Shown: positions 53,384 through 64,000 of the stretch, in pieces
Layout of the letters: each line of letters begins with the position of its first letter
Numbering within the stretch: position 1 is the stretch's first letter
Source: Escherichia coli
Lineage (GTDB): Bacteria > Pseudomonadota > Gammaproteobacteria > Enterobacterales > Enterobacteriaceae
Direction: 5' to 3' (one strand)
Assembly (NCBI RefSeq): GCF_003018255.1
Contig: NZ_CP027440.1
DNA: 64,000 nucleotides
Made by a program: the position numbers and the translations under genes
Notes under the pieces: model-generated
What the model was told of the DNA's origin: nothing
Seen by the model: the letters and a program-made list of their open reading frames with translations, nothing else
The model's database searches: none

Positions 53384-54705
53384 TGCTTTCTCGCAGCAGC
53401 CATCAACGCTTCGATTTCTTCCGGCTTTTTCACCACGCTGGCGGTGAGGTTTTCGTTGCAGGTTTCGGTAATCACAATGTCGTCTTCAATACGAATGCCG
53501 ATACCGCGATATTGTTCTGGCACATCCGCATCCGGCGCGATATACAGACCAGGCTCTACGGTCAGTACCATCCCCGGTTCCAGAATGCGCGAGCGATCCT
53601 GACCATAAACGCCAACGTCATGGACATCCAGTCCTAACCAGTGGCTAAGGCCATGCATAAAGAAAGGACGATGGGCGTTCTGAGCGATCAGTTCATCAAC
53701 ATCACCCTTCAGGATGCCGAGTTTTACCAGGCCGCTAACCATGATACGCACCACTTCACCAGTGACTTCCTGCATGGAAGTTCCCGGACGATACAGGCGC
53801 AGGCTGGTTTCAAGAGACTCCAGCACAATGTCATAGATTTCACGCTGAGCCTGAGTGAATTTGCCGTTGACCGGGAAGGTGCGGGTAATGTCGCCAGCGT
53901 AACCTTTGTATTCACAACCCGCGTCAATCAACACCAGATCACCGTCACGCAGTTCACACTCGTTTTCGGTGTAGTGCAAAATGCAGCCGTTTTCACCGCT
54001 GCCAACAATGGTGTTATAGGAAGGGTAACGCGCACCGTGGCGGTTAAACTCGTGGTGAATTTCGCCTTCCAGATGGTACTCGAACATCCCCGGACGGCAT
54101 TTTTCCATCGCCCGGGTATGCGCCAGTGCGGTGATTTCACCCGCGCGGCGAAGTACGGCAATCTCTTCTGGTGATTTGAACAGGCGCATTTCATGAACAA
54201 CAGGACGCCAGTCGATCATCGTAGCCGGGGCAGTGAGATTCTGTCGCGAGCCTTTACGCAGCTTTTCCAGCGCGCTGTTCACGATTTCATCAGCATAGGT
54301 ATATTCGCCCTGAGCGTGATAAACCACATCCAGACCATTAAGCAGTTGATAAAGTTGCTGATTGATTTCGCTGAATGCCAGTGCGCGGTCAACGCCCAGT
54401 TTCTCTGGCGCGGCATCCTGGCCTAAGCGACGACCAAACCAGATCTCTGCCGTCAGGTCGCGAACGCGGTTAAACAAAACGCTGTGGTTATGAGTGTCGT
54501 CGCTTTTAATCAGCACCAGCACCGCTTCCGGTTCGTTAAAGCCGGTGAAGTACCAGAAGTCACTGTTCTGACGATAGGGGTATTCGCTGTCGGCGCTACG
54601 TGTTACTTCTGGTGCAGCAAAAATCAGCGCGGCGCTGCCGGGTTGCATTTGCTCCACCAGGGCCTGACGGCGACGCTGAAACTCTTGCCGGGATATCTCA
54701 CTCAT
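53380..54705 (-). CDS. pepP: Xaa-Pro aminopeptidase (M24)
   Basis: Track ORF extends to 54918 with a Lys/Arg-rich spurious extension; start trimmed to MSEISRQEF (441 aa). Confidence 0.9.
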   Translation of the reverse strand: MSEISRQEFQRRRQALVEQMQPGSAALIFAAPEVTRSADSEYPYRQNSDFWYFTGFNEPEAVLVLIKSDDTHNHSVLFNRVRDLTAEIWFGRRLGQDAAPEKLGVDRALAFSEINQQLYQLLNGLDVVYHAQGEYTYADEIVNSALEKLRKGSRQNLTAPATMIDWRPVVHEMRLFKSPEEIAVLRRAGEITALAHTRAMEKCRPGMFEYHLEGEIHHEFNRHGARYPSYNTIVGSGENGCILHYTENECELRDGDLVLIDAGCEYKGYAGDITRTFPVNGKFTQAQREIYDIVLESLETSLRLYRPGTSMQEVTGEVVRIMVSGLVKLGILKGDVDELIAQNAHRPFFMHGLSHWLGLDVHDVGVYGQDRSRILEPGMVLTVEPGLYIAPDADVPEQYRGIGIRIEDDIVITETCNENLTASVVKKPEEIEALMAAARKQ

Positions 54706-54730
54706 AACACTCTCCTTACGTTTTTTGTTT

Positions 54731-55309
54731 TTAGTGTAGAGTCGGTTTTTGTACTTCTGGCGCGGTCGGTTGCGGATGAGTAAAGGTGTCGTGGCATAAC
54801 AGCGCGGCAACACGAACGTATTCGATGATCTCTTCAAGCGACATTTCAAGCTCTTCCTGATCTTCGTCTTCGTCGTAGCCCAGCTGCGCGATGTTACGCA
54901 GATCGTCGATGGCTTCACCGGTTTCTCCGGTCACTTTGTCCAGCTTCGGTTGCGTAACGCCAAGACCAAGCAGGAAGTGATTGACCCAACCTGCCAGCGC
55001 ATCAGCCCGATCGAAAACGCTGACATCATCGCCATCAGGCAGATAAAGCTGAAAAAGGAAGCCGTCATCCTGCAGGGCATCGCTGGTGGCAGAGTGCATT
55101 TTACGCAGTGCCTGTGCCAGCTCATGACCGAAAGCCATGCCTTCGTTCGTCAGGTCGTGAAGTAGCGGCAGCCATGAGCTGTCATCGTTACCGCCACATA
55201 TCATCCCGCTGATTAAACCATGCATCTCAGCAGGGGTCAGACCCGTCCCTTGTTGGTTCAGATACTGGTTCATTTCGTTGTAACCAGGCATTTCGTTCTG
55301 TATAGACAT
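54731..55309 (-). CDS. ygfB: UPF0149-family protein YgfB
   Basis: 192 aa from [10 protein letters not shown]. Confidence 0.85.
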
Positions 55310-55410
55310 AAGCATTCGTCGTCAAAGGGAGGAATATTCATGATATGCTACCACTTTGGGCCCTGGTGGACCAGAAAAGGGCTTGTCTCTTCTCATCAGG
55401 GTAGCTATAG

Positions 55411-55806
<396 letters not shown>

Positions 55807-55847
55807 CACTTTTCGGTTTACTGTGGTAGAGTAACCGTGAAGACAAA

Positions 55848-56031
55848 ATTTCTCTGAGATGTTCGCAAGCGGGCCAGTCCCCTGAGCCGATATTTCATAC
55901 CACAAGAATGTGGCGCTCCGCGGTTGGTGAGCATGCTCGGTCCGTCCGAGAAGCCTTAAAACTGCGACGACACATTCACCTTGAACCAAGGGTTCAAGGG
56001 TTACAGCCTGCGGCGGCATCTCGGAGATTCC
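55848..56031 (+). ncRNA. ssrS: 6S RNA (RNA polymerase sigma-70 holoenzyme regulator)
   Basis: Matches my recollection of E. coli 6S RNA from ATTTCTCTGAGATGTTCGCAAGCGGGCCAG... to ...CATCTCGGAGATTCCCT; lies between zapA and fau; 3' end approximate to a few nt. Confidence 0.85.
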
Positions 56032-56105
56032 CTTCTTATCTGGCACCAGCCATGACGCAACTACCAGAACTCCCACTGACATTATCCCGACAAGAAATCC
56101 GCAAA

Positions 56106-56654
56106 ATGATTCGGCAACGTCGTCGTGCGTTAACGCCGGAACAACAGCAGGAAATGGGTCAACAAGCCGCTACCCGGATGATGACTTATCCCCCGGTGGT
56201 GATGGCACATACGGTCGCTGTATTCCTCTCTTTTGATGGCGAACTCGACACCCTGCCACTCATAGAACAACTCTGGCGCGCCGGTAAGCGCGTATATCTT
56301 CCAGTTTTGCATCCCTTCAGTGCCGGTAATTTGCTGTTCCTGAATTACCATCCGCAAAGCGAACTGGTGATGAACAGGTTGAAGATCCATGAGCCCAAAC
56401 TGGATGTGCGTGACGTGCTACCCCTTTCCCGATTAGACGTGTTGATCACACCGCTGGTCGCCTTTGATGAGTACGGTCAGCGCCTGGGAATGGGCGGTGG
56501 TTTTTATGATCGGACCTTACAAAACTGGCAGCACTATAAAATGCAACCGGTGGGTTATGCGCATGATTGTCAGTTGGTGGAAAAACTCCCCGTTGAAGAG
56601 TGGGATATCCCTCTTCCTGCGGTGGTTACACCGTCGAAAGTCTGGGAGTGGTGA
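56106..56654 (+). CDS. fau: 5-formyltetrahydrofolate cyclo-ligase
   Basis: Track ORF 55908..56654 runs through ssrS; start trimmed to MIRQRRRALTPEQ (182 aa). Confidence 0.85.
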   Translation: MIRQRRRALTPEQQQEMGQQAATRMMTYPPVVMAHTVAVFLSFDGELDTLPLIEQLWRAGKRVYLPVLHPFSAGNLLFLNYHPQSELVMNRLKIHEPKLDVRDVLPLSRLDVLITPLVAFDEYGQRLGMGGGFYDRTLQNWQHYKMQPVGYAHDCQLVEKLPVEEWDIPLPAVVTPSKVWEW

Positions 56655-56713
56655 GGGCGACACACCTGCATCGCCCTGATTGACATCGTTGATTCTTTAA
56701 CCTAATTTAGTGA

Positions 56714-56852
56714 GTAAGGGTAAGGGAGGATGACTCCTCCCCTGAGACTGACTGTTAATAAGCTGGGAAACTTATGAGTAACAGTACAATCAGTATGATG
56801 ACAAGTCGCATCATAACCCTTCTCCTTCAAGCCCTCGCTTCGGTGAGGGCTT
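56714..56852 (+). ncRNA. sibC: SibC antisense sRNA (type I antitoxin), approximate ends
   Basis: Fully overlaps ibsC on the opposite strand; candidate -35 TTGACA (56680-56685) and -10 TAATTT (56702-56707); 3' hairpin GCCCTC-gcttcggtg-AGGGCTTT at 56829-56852; length about 139 nt fits Sib RNAs. Confidence 0.55.
56754..56813 (-). CDS. ibsC: Ibs-family type I toxin, 19-aa hydrophobic peptide
   Basis: Minus-strand ORF ATGATGCGACTTGTCATCATACTGATTGTACTGTTACTCATAAGTTTCCCAGCTTATTAA = MMRLVIILIVLLLISFPAY; below the ORF-track size cutoff. Confidence 0.7.
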
Positions 56853-56995
56853 TACCGTTACAGCCCCATGCTGCCCTGCCATCGTAAATCCCCATTAAAT
56901 AAACACAACGCATTGATCTGACTTTGATTTATTTTCTGGAGCAGACTCGCAAAGTAGAATGCGCAATGCGGCAACGGTGTGGAGAAGGGATAAAA

Positions 56996-57029
56996 AAACG
57001 GGCAAGTCAGTGACCTGCCCGTTGATTTT
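56996..57029 (-). terminator. intrinsic terminator downstream of serA (T tracts on both sides)
   Basis: AACGGGCA-agtcagtgacc-TGCCCGTT hairpin flanked by AAAAAAA (minus-strand T run) and GATTTTCA. Confidence 0.55.
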
Positions 57030-57042
57030 CAGATAAGGGGAT

Positions 57043-58275
57043 TTAGTACAGCAGACGGGCGCGAATGGTACCCGGAATAGCTTTCATTGCCTGCAGCGCT
57101 TTTTCGGCAACGTCTTCGTCGGCTTCAATATCAATAACTACATAACCCATCTGGGCGGAAGTTTGCAGATATTGCGCGGCGATGTTGACGCCCTGCTCGG
57201 CAAAAATTTTGTTGAGCGCAGTCAGCACACCCGGACGGTTTTCGTGGATGTGCATCAGACGACGACCACCGTGCAGTGGCAGCGAGACTTCCGGGAAGTT
57301 CACCGCAGAGAGCGTTGAACCATTATCAGAATACTTGATCAATTTACCCGCAACTTCCAGACCGATATTCTCCTGCGCTTCCTGAGTCGAACCACCAATG
57401 TGTGGCGTCAGAAGGACATTGTCGAATTCACACAGCGGAGAGGTAAATGGATCGCTATTGGTCGCCGGTTCCGTCGGGAATACGTCGATTGCCGCCCCTG
57501 CCAGATGTTTGCTCGCCAGCGCGTCACACAGCGCTGGAATATCCACCACAGTACCGCGCGAAGCATTAATCAGCAGCGAGCCGGGCTTCATTAGCGAAAT
57601 CTCTTTCGCGCCCATCATATTTTTGGTGGACGGATTCTCTGGTACATGCAGACTCACCACATCGCTCATATTCAGCAGGTCAGAAAGATGCTGTACCTGA
57701 GTGGCGTTGCCCAGCGGCAGTTTGTTTTCAATATCATAAAAGTAAACATACATTCCCAGCGATTCAGCCAGAATGCCCAATTGCGTACCAATATGACCGT
57801 AGCCGATGATACCCAGCTTTTTGCCGCGCGCTTCAAAAGAACCCGCCGCCAGTTTGTTCCACACGCCACGATGCGCTTTAGCATTGGCTTCCGGCACGCC
57901 GCGCAATAGCAGCAGCAGTTCGCCAATCACCAGCTCCGCAACAGAGCGCGTATTTGAGAACGGTGCGTTAAATACCGGGATCCCGCGTTTTGCCGCCGCA
58001 TCCAGATCAACCTGGTTTGTTCCGATACAGAAACAGCCAATAGCGACCAGTTTTTCTGCGGCGTTGATCACGTCTTCAGTCAGATGGGTACGGGATCGCA
58101 GGCCGATGAAGTGGGCATCGCGGATGGATTCTTTTAATTGTTCATCATCCAGCGCGCCTTTGTGAAATTCGATGTTGGTGTAACCCGCTGCACGAAGGCT
58201 TTCCAGCGCCTTTTGGTGCACGCCTTCTACCAGCAGAAACTTAATCTTGTCTTTCTCCAGCGATACCTTTGCCAT
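57043..58275 (-). CDS. serA: D-3-phosphoglycerate dehydrogenase
   Basis: 410 aa; NAD-binding GIIGYGHIGTQLG; C-terminal ACT-like regulatory region. Confidence 0.95.
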   Translation of the reverse strand: MAKVSLEKDKIKFLLVEGVHQKALESLRAAGYTNIEFHKGALDDEQLKESIRDAHFIGLRSRTHLTEDVINAAEKLVAIGCFCIGTNQVDLDAAAKRGIPVFNAPFSNTRSVAELVIGELLLLLRGVPEANAKAHRGVWNKLAAGSFEARGKKLGIIGYGHIGTQLGILAESLGMYVYFYDIENKLPLGNATQVQHLSDLLNMSDVVSLHVPENPSTKNMMGAKEISLMKPGSLLINASRGTVVDIPALCDALASKHLAGAAIDVFPTEPATNSDPFTSPLCEFDNVLLTPHIGGSTQEAQENIGLEVAGKLIKYSDNGSTLSAVNFPEVSLPLHGGRRLMHIHENRPGVLTALNKIFAEQGVNIAAQYLQTSAQMGYVVIDIEADEDVAEKALQAMKAIPGTIRARLLY

Positions 58276-58530
58276 TTACCCAATCCTGTCTTTTGAAATG
58301 TTGTGTGCGGATTTGCATCCGCCTTTCAACATATCAAAAAATAATATTGCGGCAATATGAACGTTTGCGTCACGATATTGAGGAAATATCACGCAAAGGT
58401 ATTTCTTGGATGAATATGCTGGTTTAGAGGGTTTATTTAGAGCAATCGACAATAGCCAGGTAAAAACGTGACACATGTCACCAAATTTAATGAAGAGAAT
58501 TTTTTTAACGGGGGAGGTTCCCCCGTCAGA

Positions 58531-59190
58531 TCATTTCACAATGGTTTTGACACCGTCAGGTGTGCCAATCAGCGCAACGTCCGCGCCACGGTTAGCAAAC
58601 AAGCCAACAGTCACCACGCCAGGAATCGCATTTATGGCGTTTTCCATCGCTATCGGGTCAAGGATTTCCATGCCGTGGACGTCGAGGATCACGTTGCCGT
58701 TATCGGTCACCACGCCCTGACGGTATTCCGGACGACCGCCCAGTTTCACCAGCTGGCGCGCCACTGCACTACGTGCCATCGGGATAACTTCTACTGGCAG
58801 CGGGAATTTGCCCAGAATATCAACCTGCTTGGAGGCGTCGGCAATACAGATAAATTTTTCCGCAACCGAAGCAATGATTTTTTCACGGGTCAGCGCCGCG
58901 CCGCCGCCTTTGATCATTTGCATGTGGCCGTTGATTTCATCTGCGCCATCAACGTAGATGCCAAGGCTGTCGACTTCGTTGAGATCAAAAACGTGAATGC
59001 CGAGGCTTTTCAGTTTTTCAGTGGAAGCATCTGAACTGGAAACGGCCCCTTCAATCTGGCCTTTCATCGTGCCGAGCGCGTCAATAAAGTGTGCGGCGGT
59101 GGAACCTGTACCTACACCAACAATGGTGCCGGGCTGAACATACTGAAGTGCCGCCCATCCTACTGCTTTTTTCAATTCATCCTGCGTCAT
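58531..59190 (-). CDS. rpiA: ribose-5-phosphate isomerase A
   Basis: Track ORF to 59262; start trimmed to [18 protein letters not shown] (219 aa). Confidence 0.9.
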
Positions 59191-59571
59191 GATCGTTTCG
59201 CCTGTGGTATGAAATTTCACACGCATTATATACAAAAAAAGCGATTCAGACCCCGTTGGCAAGCCGGGTGGTTAACTCATCCATAAAATATCGCGCAATG
59301 GCGGGCATCCCCTTTCGCCCCGCAAATAAAGCATACAACGGTCTGGGTATGCCGCTCCACGATGCGAACAGAGGCAATAACGCCACGCCATTCAACACAA
59401 CCAGGGCGCGAACTCGCTGAGCGAAATGCATTAGCGCAAATCCCTGATCTTTTAAGCTGCGCGTTAACCACTGATACAAATGTTACCCGCCAACGACTTC
59501 GGTATATGCAACCTGACACAAAATTGTGTCATAGTGCAGGAAAAAGCATTTACCAGGAGCAGACAACAGCA

Positions 59572-60465
59572 ATGAAACGCCCGGACTACAGAACATTACA
59601 GGCACTGGATGCGGTGATACGTGAACGAGGATTTGAGCGCGCGGCACAAAAGCTGTGCATTACACAATCAGCCGTCTCACAGCGCATTAAGCAACTGGAA
59701 AATATGTTCGGGCAGCCGCTGTTGGTGCGTACCGTACCACCGCGCCCGACAGAACAAGGGCAAAAACTGCTGGCACTGCTACGCCAGGTGGAGTTACTGG
59801 AAGAAGAGTGGCTGGGCGATGAACAAACCGGTTCAACTCCGCTGCTGCTTTCACTGGCGGTCAACGCTGACAGTCTGGCGACGTGGTTGCTTCCGGCGCT
59901 GGCTCCTGTGTTAGCTGATTCGCCTATCCGCCTCAACTTGCAGGTAGAAGATGAAACCCGCACTCAGGAACGTCTGCGCCGCGGCGAAGTGGTCGGCGCG
60001 GTGAGTATTCAACATCAGGCGCTGCCGAGTTGCCTTGTCGATAAGCTCGGTGCGCTCGACTATCTGTTCGTCAGCTCAAAACCGTTTGCCGAAAAATATT
60101 TCCCTAACGGCGTAACGCGTTCGGCATTATTGAAAGCACCTGTGGTCGCTTTTGACCATCTTGACGATATGCACCAGGCCTTTTTGCAGCAAAACTTCGA
60201 TCTGCCTCCTGGCAGCGTACCCTGCCATATCGTTAATTCTTCGGAAGCGTTCGTGCAACTTGCTCGTCAGGGCACCACCTGCTGTATGATCCCGCACCTG
60301 CAAATCGAGAAAGAGCTGGCCAGCGGTGAACTGATTGACTTAACGCCAGGGCTATTTCAACGACGGATGCTCTACTGGCACCGCTTTGCTCCTGAAAGCC
60401 GCATGATGCGTAAAGTCACTGATGCGTTGCTCGATTATGGTCACAAAGTCCTTCGTCAGGATTAA
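59572..60465 (+). CDS. argP: LysR-type transcriptional regulator ArgP (IciA)
   Basis: Track ORF 59362..60465; start trimmed to [15 protein letters not shown] (297 aa); N-terminal HTH. Confidence 0.9.
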
Positions 60466-60478
60466 TCCATCAAATAAT

Positions 60479-60500
60479 GCCTGATAGCACATATCAGGCG
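60479..60500. repeat. hairpin / REP-like palindrome downstream of argP
   Basis: GCCTGATAGCACATATCAGGCG. Confidence 0.4.
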
Positions 60501-60668
60501 TTATCCTCACTTCTTTTTGTATTCCTTGAATCACATCACAAAATAGACAAATCTCAGGCGGCAAAAAACGACGTCTGAATGCATTTTTTTTGCTGGCGAC
60601 AAACCCACGTAAAAAGCTCACCGTAAGCGCAAATACCCTCATTTTGATTGCGTTTTACGGAGCAAATA

Positions 60669-62813
60669 ATGTCTAAGGTGCAGGAGTGGCAACAGCTTGC
60701 CAACAAGGAATTGAGCCGTCGGGAGAAAACTGTCGACTCGCTGGTTCAGCAAACCGCGGAAGGGATCGCCATCAAGCCGCTGTATACCGAAGCCGATCTC
60801 GATAATCTGGAGGTGACAGGTACCCTTCCTGGTTTGCCTCCCTACGTTCGTGGCCCGCGTGCCACTATGTATACCGCCCAACCGTGGACCATCCGTCAGT
60901 ATGCTGGTTTTTCAACAGCAAAAGAGTCCAACGCTTTTTATCGCCGTAACCTGGCCGCCGGGCAAAAAGGTCTTTCCGTTGCGTTTGACCTTGCCACCCA
61001 CCGAGGCTACGACTCCGATAACCCACGCGTGGCGGGCGACGTCGGCAAAGCGGGCGTTGCTATCGACACCGTGGAAGATATGAAAGTCCTGTTCGACCAG
61101 ATCCCGCTGGATAAAATGTCGGTTTCGATGACCATGAATGGCGCAGTACTACCAGTACTGGCGTTTTATATTGTCGCCGCAGAAGAGCAAGGTGTTACAC
61201 CCGATAAACTGACCGGCACCATTCAAAACGATATCCTCAAAGAGTATCTTTGCCGCAACACCTATATTTACCCGCCAAAACCGTCAATGCGTATTATCGC
61301 AGACATCATCGCCTGGTGTTCCGGCAACATGCCGCGATTTAATACCATCAGTATCAGCGGTTACCACATGGGTGAAGCGGGTGCCAACTGCGTGCAGCAG
61401 GTAGCATTTACGCTCGCCGATGGGATTGAGTACATCAAAGCAGCAATCTCCGCCGGGCTGAAAATTGATGACTTCGCTCCTCGTCTGTCGTTCTTCTTCG
61501 GCATTGGCATGGATCTGTTTATGAACGTCGCCATGTTGCGTGCGGCACGTTATTTATGGAGCGAAGCGGTCAGTGGATTTGGCGCACAGGATCCGAAATC
61601 ACTGGCGCTGCGTACCCACTGCCAGACCTCAGGCTGGAGCCTGACTGAACAGGATCCGTATAACAACGTTATCCGCACCACCATTGAAGCACTGGCTGCA
61701 ACGCTGGGCGGTACTCAGTCACTGCATACCAACGCCTTTGATGAAGCGCTTGGTTTGCCTACCGATTTCTCAGCACGCATTGCCCGCAATACCCAGATCA
61801 TCATTCAGGAAGAATCAGAACTCTGCCGCACCGTCGATCCACTGGCCGGATCCTATTACATTGAGTCGCTGACCGATCAAATCGTCAAACAAGCCAGAGC
61901 TATTATCCAACAGATCGACGAAGCCGGTGGCATGGCGAAAGCGATCGAAGCAGGTCTGCCAAAACGAATGATCGAAGAGGCCTCAGCGCGCGAACAGTCG
62001 CTGATCGACCAGGGCAAGCGTGTCATCGTTGGTGTCAACAAGTACAAACTGGATCACGAAGACGAAACCGATGTACTTGAGATCGACAACGTGATGGTGC
62101 GTAACGAGCAAATTGCTTCGCTGGAACGCATTCGCGCCACCCGTGATGATGCCGCCGTAACCGCCGCGTTGAACGCCCTGACTCACGCCGCACAGCATAA
62201 CGAAAACCTGCTGGCTGCCGCTGTTAATGCTGCTCGCGTTCGCGCCACCCTGGGTGAAATTTCCGATGCGCTGGAAGCCGCTTTCGACCGTTATCTGGTG
62301 CCAAGCCAGTGTGTTACCGGCGTGATTGCGCAAAGCTATCATCAGTCTGAGAAATCGGCCGCCGAGTTCGATGCCATTGTTGCGCAAACGGAGCAGTTCC
62401 TTGCCGACAATGGTCGTCGCCCGCGCATTCTGATCGCCAAAATGGGCCAGGATGGGCACGATCGCGGCGCGAAAGTGATCGCCAGCGCCTATTCCGATCT
62501 CGGTTTCGACGTAGATTTAAGCCCGATGTTCTCTACACCTGAAGAGATCGCCCGCCTGGCCGTAGAAAACGACGTTCACGTAGTGGGCGCATCCTCACTG
62601 GCTGCCGGTCATAAAACGCTGATCCCGGAACTGGTCGAAGCGCTGAAAAAATGGGGACGCAAAGATATCTGCGTGGTCGCGGGTGGCGTCATTCCGCCGC
62701 AGGATTACGCCTTCCTGCAAGAGCGCGGCGTGGCGGCGATTTATGGTCCAGGTACACCTATGCTCGACAGCGTGCGCGACGTACTGAATCTGATAAGCCA
62801 GCATCATGATTAA
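60669..62813 (+). CDS. scpA: cobalamin-dependent methylmalonyl-CoA mutase
   Basis: Track ORF 60648..62813; start trimmed to [10 protein letters not shown] (714 aa); B12-binding DxHxxG motif ([10 protein letters not shown]). Confidence 0.9.
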   Translation: MSKVQEWQQLANKELSRREKTVDSLVQQTAEGIAIKPLYTEADLDNLEVTGTLPGLPPYVRGPRATMYTAQPWTIRQYAGFSTAKESNAFYRRNLAAGQKGLSVAFDLATHRGYDSDNPRVAGDVGKAGVAIDTVEDMKVLFDQIPLDKMSVSMTMNGAVLPVLAFYIVAAEEQGVTPDKLTGTIQNDILKEYLCRNTYIYPPKPSMRIIADIIAWCSGNMPRFNTISISGYHMGEAGANCVQQVAFTLADGIEYIKAAISAGLKIDDFAPRLSFFFGIGMDLFMNVAMLRAARYLWSEAVSGFGAQDPKSLALRTHCQTSGWSLTEQDPYNNVIRTTIEALAATLGGTQSLHTNAFDEALGLPTDFSARIARNTQIIIQEESELCRTVDPLAGSYYIESLTDQIVKQARAIIQQIDEAGGMAKAIEAGLPKRMIEEASAREQSLIDQGKRVIVGVNKYKLDHEDETDVLEIDNVMVRNEQIASLERIRATRDDAAVTAALNALTHAAQHNENLLAAAVNAARVRATLGEISDALEAAFDRYLVPSQCVTGVIAQSYHQSEKSAAEFDAIVAQTEQFLADNGRRPRILIAKMGQDGHDRGAKVIASAYSDLGFDVDLSPMFSTPEEIARLAVENDVHVVGASSLAAGHKTLIPELVEALKKWGRKDICVVAGGVIPPQDYAFLQERGVAAIYGPGTPMLDSVRDVLNLISQHHD

Positions 62814-63801
62814 TGAAGCCAAGCTAGCAGAAAGTATTCGCCGCTTACGTCAGGGTGAGCGTGCCACGCTCGCCCAGGCCATGACGTTGGTGGAAAGCCG
62901 TCACCCGCGTCATCAGGCGCTAAGTACACAGCTGCTTGACGCCATTATGCCGTTCTGTGGTAACGCCCTGCGACTGGGCGTTACCGGCACACCCGGCGCG
63001 GGGAAAAGTACCTTTCTTGAAGCCTTTGGCATGTTGTTGATTCGTGAGGGATTAAAGGTTGCGGTTATTGCGGTCGATCCCAGCAGCCCGGTCACTGGCG
63101 GTAGCATTCTCGGGGATAAAACCCGCATGAATGACCTTGCGCGTGCCGAGGCGGCGTTTATTCGCCCGGTACCCTCCTCCGGCCATCTGGGCGGTGCCAG
63201 TCAGCGAGCGCGGGAATTAATGCTGTTATGCGAAGCGGCGGGTTATGACGTAGTGATTGTCGAAACGGTTGGCGTCGGGCAGTCAGAAACGGAAGTCGCC
63301 CGCATGGTGGACTGTTTTATCTCGTTGCAAATTGCCGGTGGCGGCGATGACCTGCAGGGCATTAAAAAGGGGCTGATGGAAGTGGCAGATCTGATCGTTA
63401 TCAACAAAGACGATGGCGATAACCATACCAATGTCGCCATTGCCCGGCATATGTACGAGAGTGCCCTGCATATTCTGCGACGTAAATACGACGAATGGCA
63501 GCCACGGGTTCTGACTTGTAGCGCACTGGAAAAACGTGGAATCGATGAGATCTGGCACGCCATCATCGACTTCAAAACCGCGCTAACTGCCAGTGGTCGT
63601 TTGCAACAAGTGCGGCAACAACAATCGGTGGAATGGCTGCGTAAACAAACCGAAGAAGAAGTACTGAATCACCTGTTCGCGAATGAAGATTTCGATCGCT
63701 ATTACCACCAGACGCTTTTAGCGGTCAAAAACAATACGCTCTCACCGCGCACCGGCCTGCGGCAGCTCAGTGAATTTATCCAGACGCAATATTTTGATTA
63801 A
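62806..63801 (+). CDS. argK: G3E-family P-loop GTPase (methylmalonyl-CoA mutase chaperone MeaB/ArgK)
   Basis: 331 aa; Walker [10 protein letters not shown]; overlaps the scpA stop by 8 nt. Confidence 0.9.
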   Translation: MINEAKLAESIRRLRQGERATLAQAMTLVESRHPRHQALSTQLLDAIMPFCGNALRLGVTGTPGAGKSTFLEAFGMLLIREGLKVAVIAVDPSSPVTGGSILGDKTRMNDLARAEAAFIRPVPSSGHLGGASQRARELMLLCEAAGYDVVIVETVGVGQSETEVARMVDCFISLQIAGGGDDLQGIKKGLMEVADLIVINKDDGDNHTNVAIARHMYESALHILRRKYDEWQPRVLTCSALEKRGIDEIWHAIIDFKTALTASGRLQQVRQQQSVEWLRKQTEEEVLNHLFANEDFDRYYHQTLLAVKNNTLSPRTGLRQLSEFIQTQYFD

Positions 63802-63811
63802 AGGAATTTTT

Positions 63812-64000
63812 ATGTCTTATCAGTATGTGAACGTTGCCACTATCAACAAAGTGGCGGTCATTGAGTTTAACTATGGCCGAAAACTTAATGCCTTAAGTAA
63901 AGTCTTTATTGATGATCTTATGCAGGCGTTAAGCGATCTCAACCGGCCGGAAATTCGCTGTATCATTTTGCGCGCGCCGAGTGGATCCAAAGTCTTCTCC
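63812..64000 (+). CDS. scpB: methylmalonyl-CoA decarboxylase (crotonase fold), 5' partial at window edge
   Basis: ATG at 63812 after AAGGAA; MSYQYVNVATINKVAVIEFNYGRKLNAL...; runs off the window. Confidence 0.8.
   Translation, partial: MSYQYVNVATINKVAVIEFNYGRKLNALSKVFIDDLMQALSDLNRPEIRCIILRAPSGSKVFS

Overview
This window reads as an Escherichia coli K-12-like chromosomal segment (about min 65, from tRNA glyU to the start of scpB/ygfG), densely coding on both strands, with no CRISPR array or IS element that I could find. Gene identities come from reading the supplied translations for family motifs and from my recollection of the K-12 map and protein lengths; no database search was run. The left half (about 1.4-33.7 kb) is the most interesting part: xdhABC, the sigma-54 activator ygeV, and the ygeW-ygeX-ygeY-hyuA-yqeA / yqeB-yqeC / mocA-ygfK-ssnA-ygfM-xdhD-xanQ-guaD-ghxQ / ygfS-ygfT / uacT cluster, which together look like an anaerobic purine/urate catabolic system built around molybdenum hydroxylases with a carbamate-kinase ATP-yielding end. 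I found candidate sigma-54 -24/-12 elements upstream of xdhA, ygeW, ygfK and uacT, plus several palindromes in the cluster's promoter regions; these are sequence-level hypotheses only. The right half is housekeeping: idi, lysS, prfB (programmed +1 frameshift clearly visible), recJ-dsbC-xerD, fldB, cptA(ygfX)/sdhE(ygfY), ygfZ, yqfA, yqfB, bglA, gcvTHP, ubiH-ubiI, pepP, ygfB, zapA-ssrS(6S RNA)-fau, the ibsC/sibC type I toxin-antitoxin pair, serA, rpiA, argP and scpA-argK-scpB. Several six-frame ORFs carry spurious N-terminal extensions; I trimmed starts to the Met that matches the remembered protein length, and those starts remain less certain than the stops.
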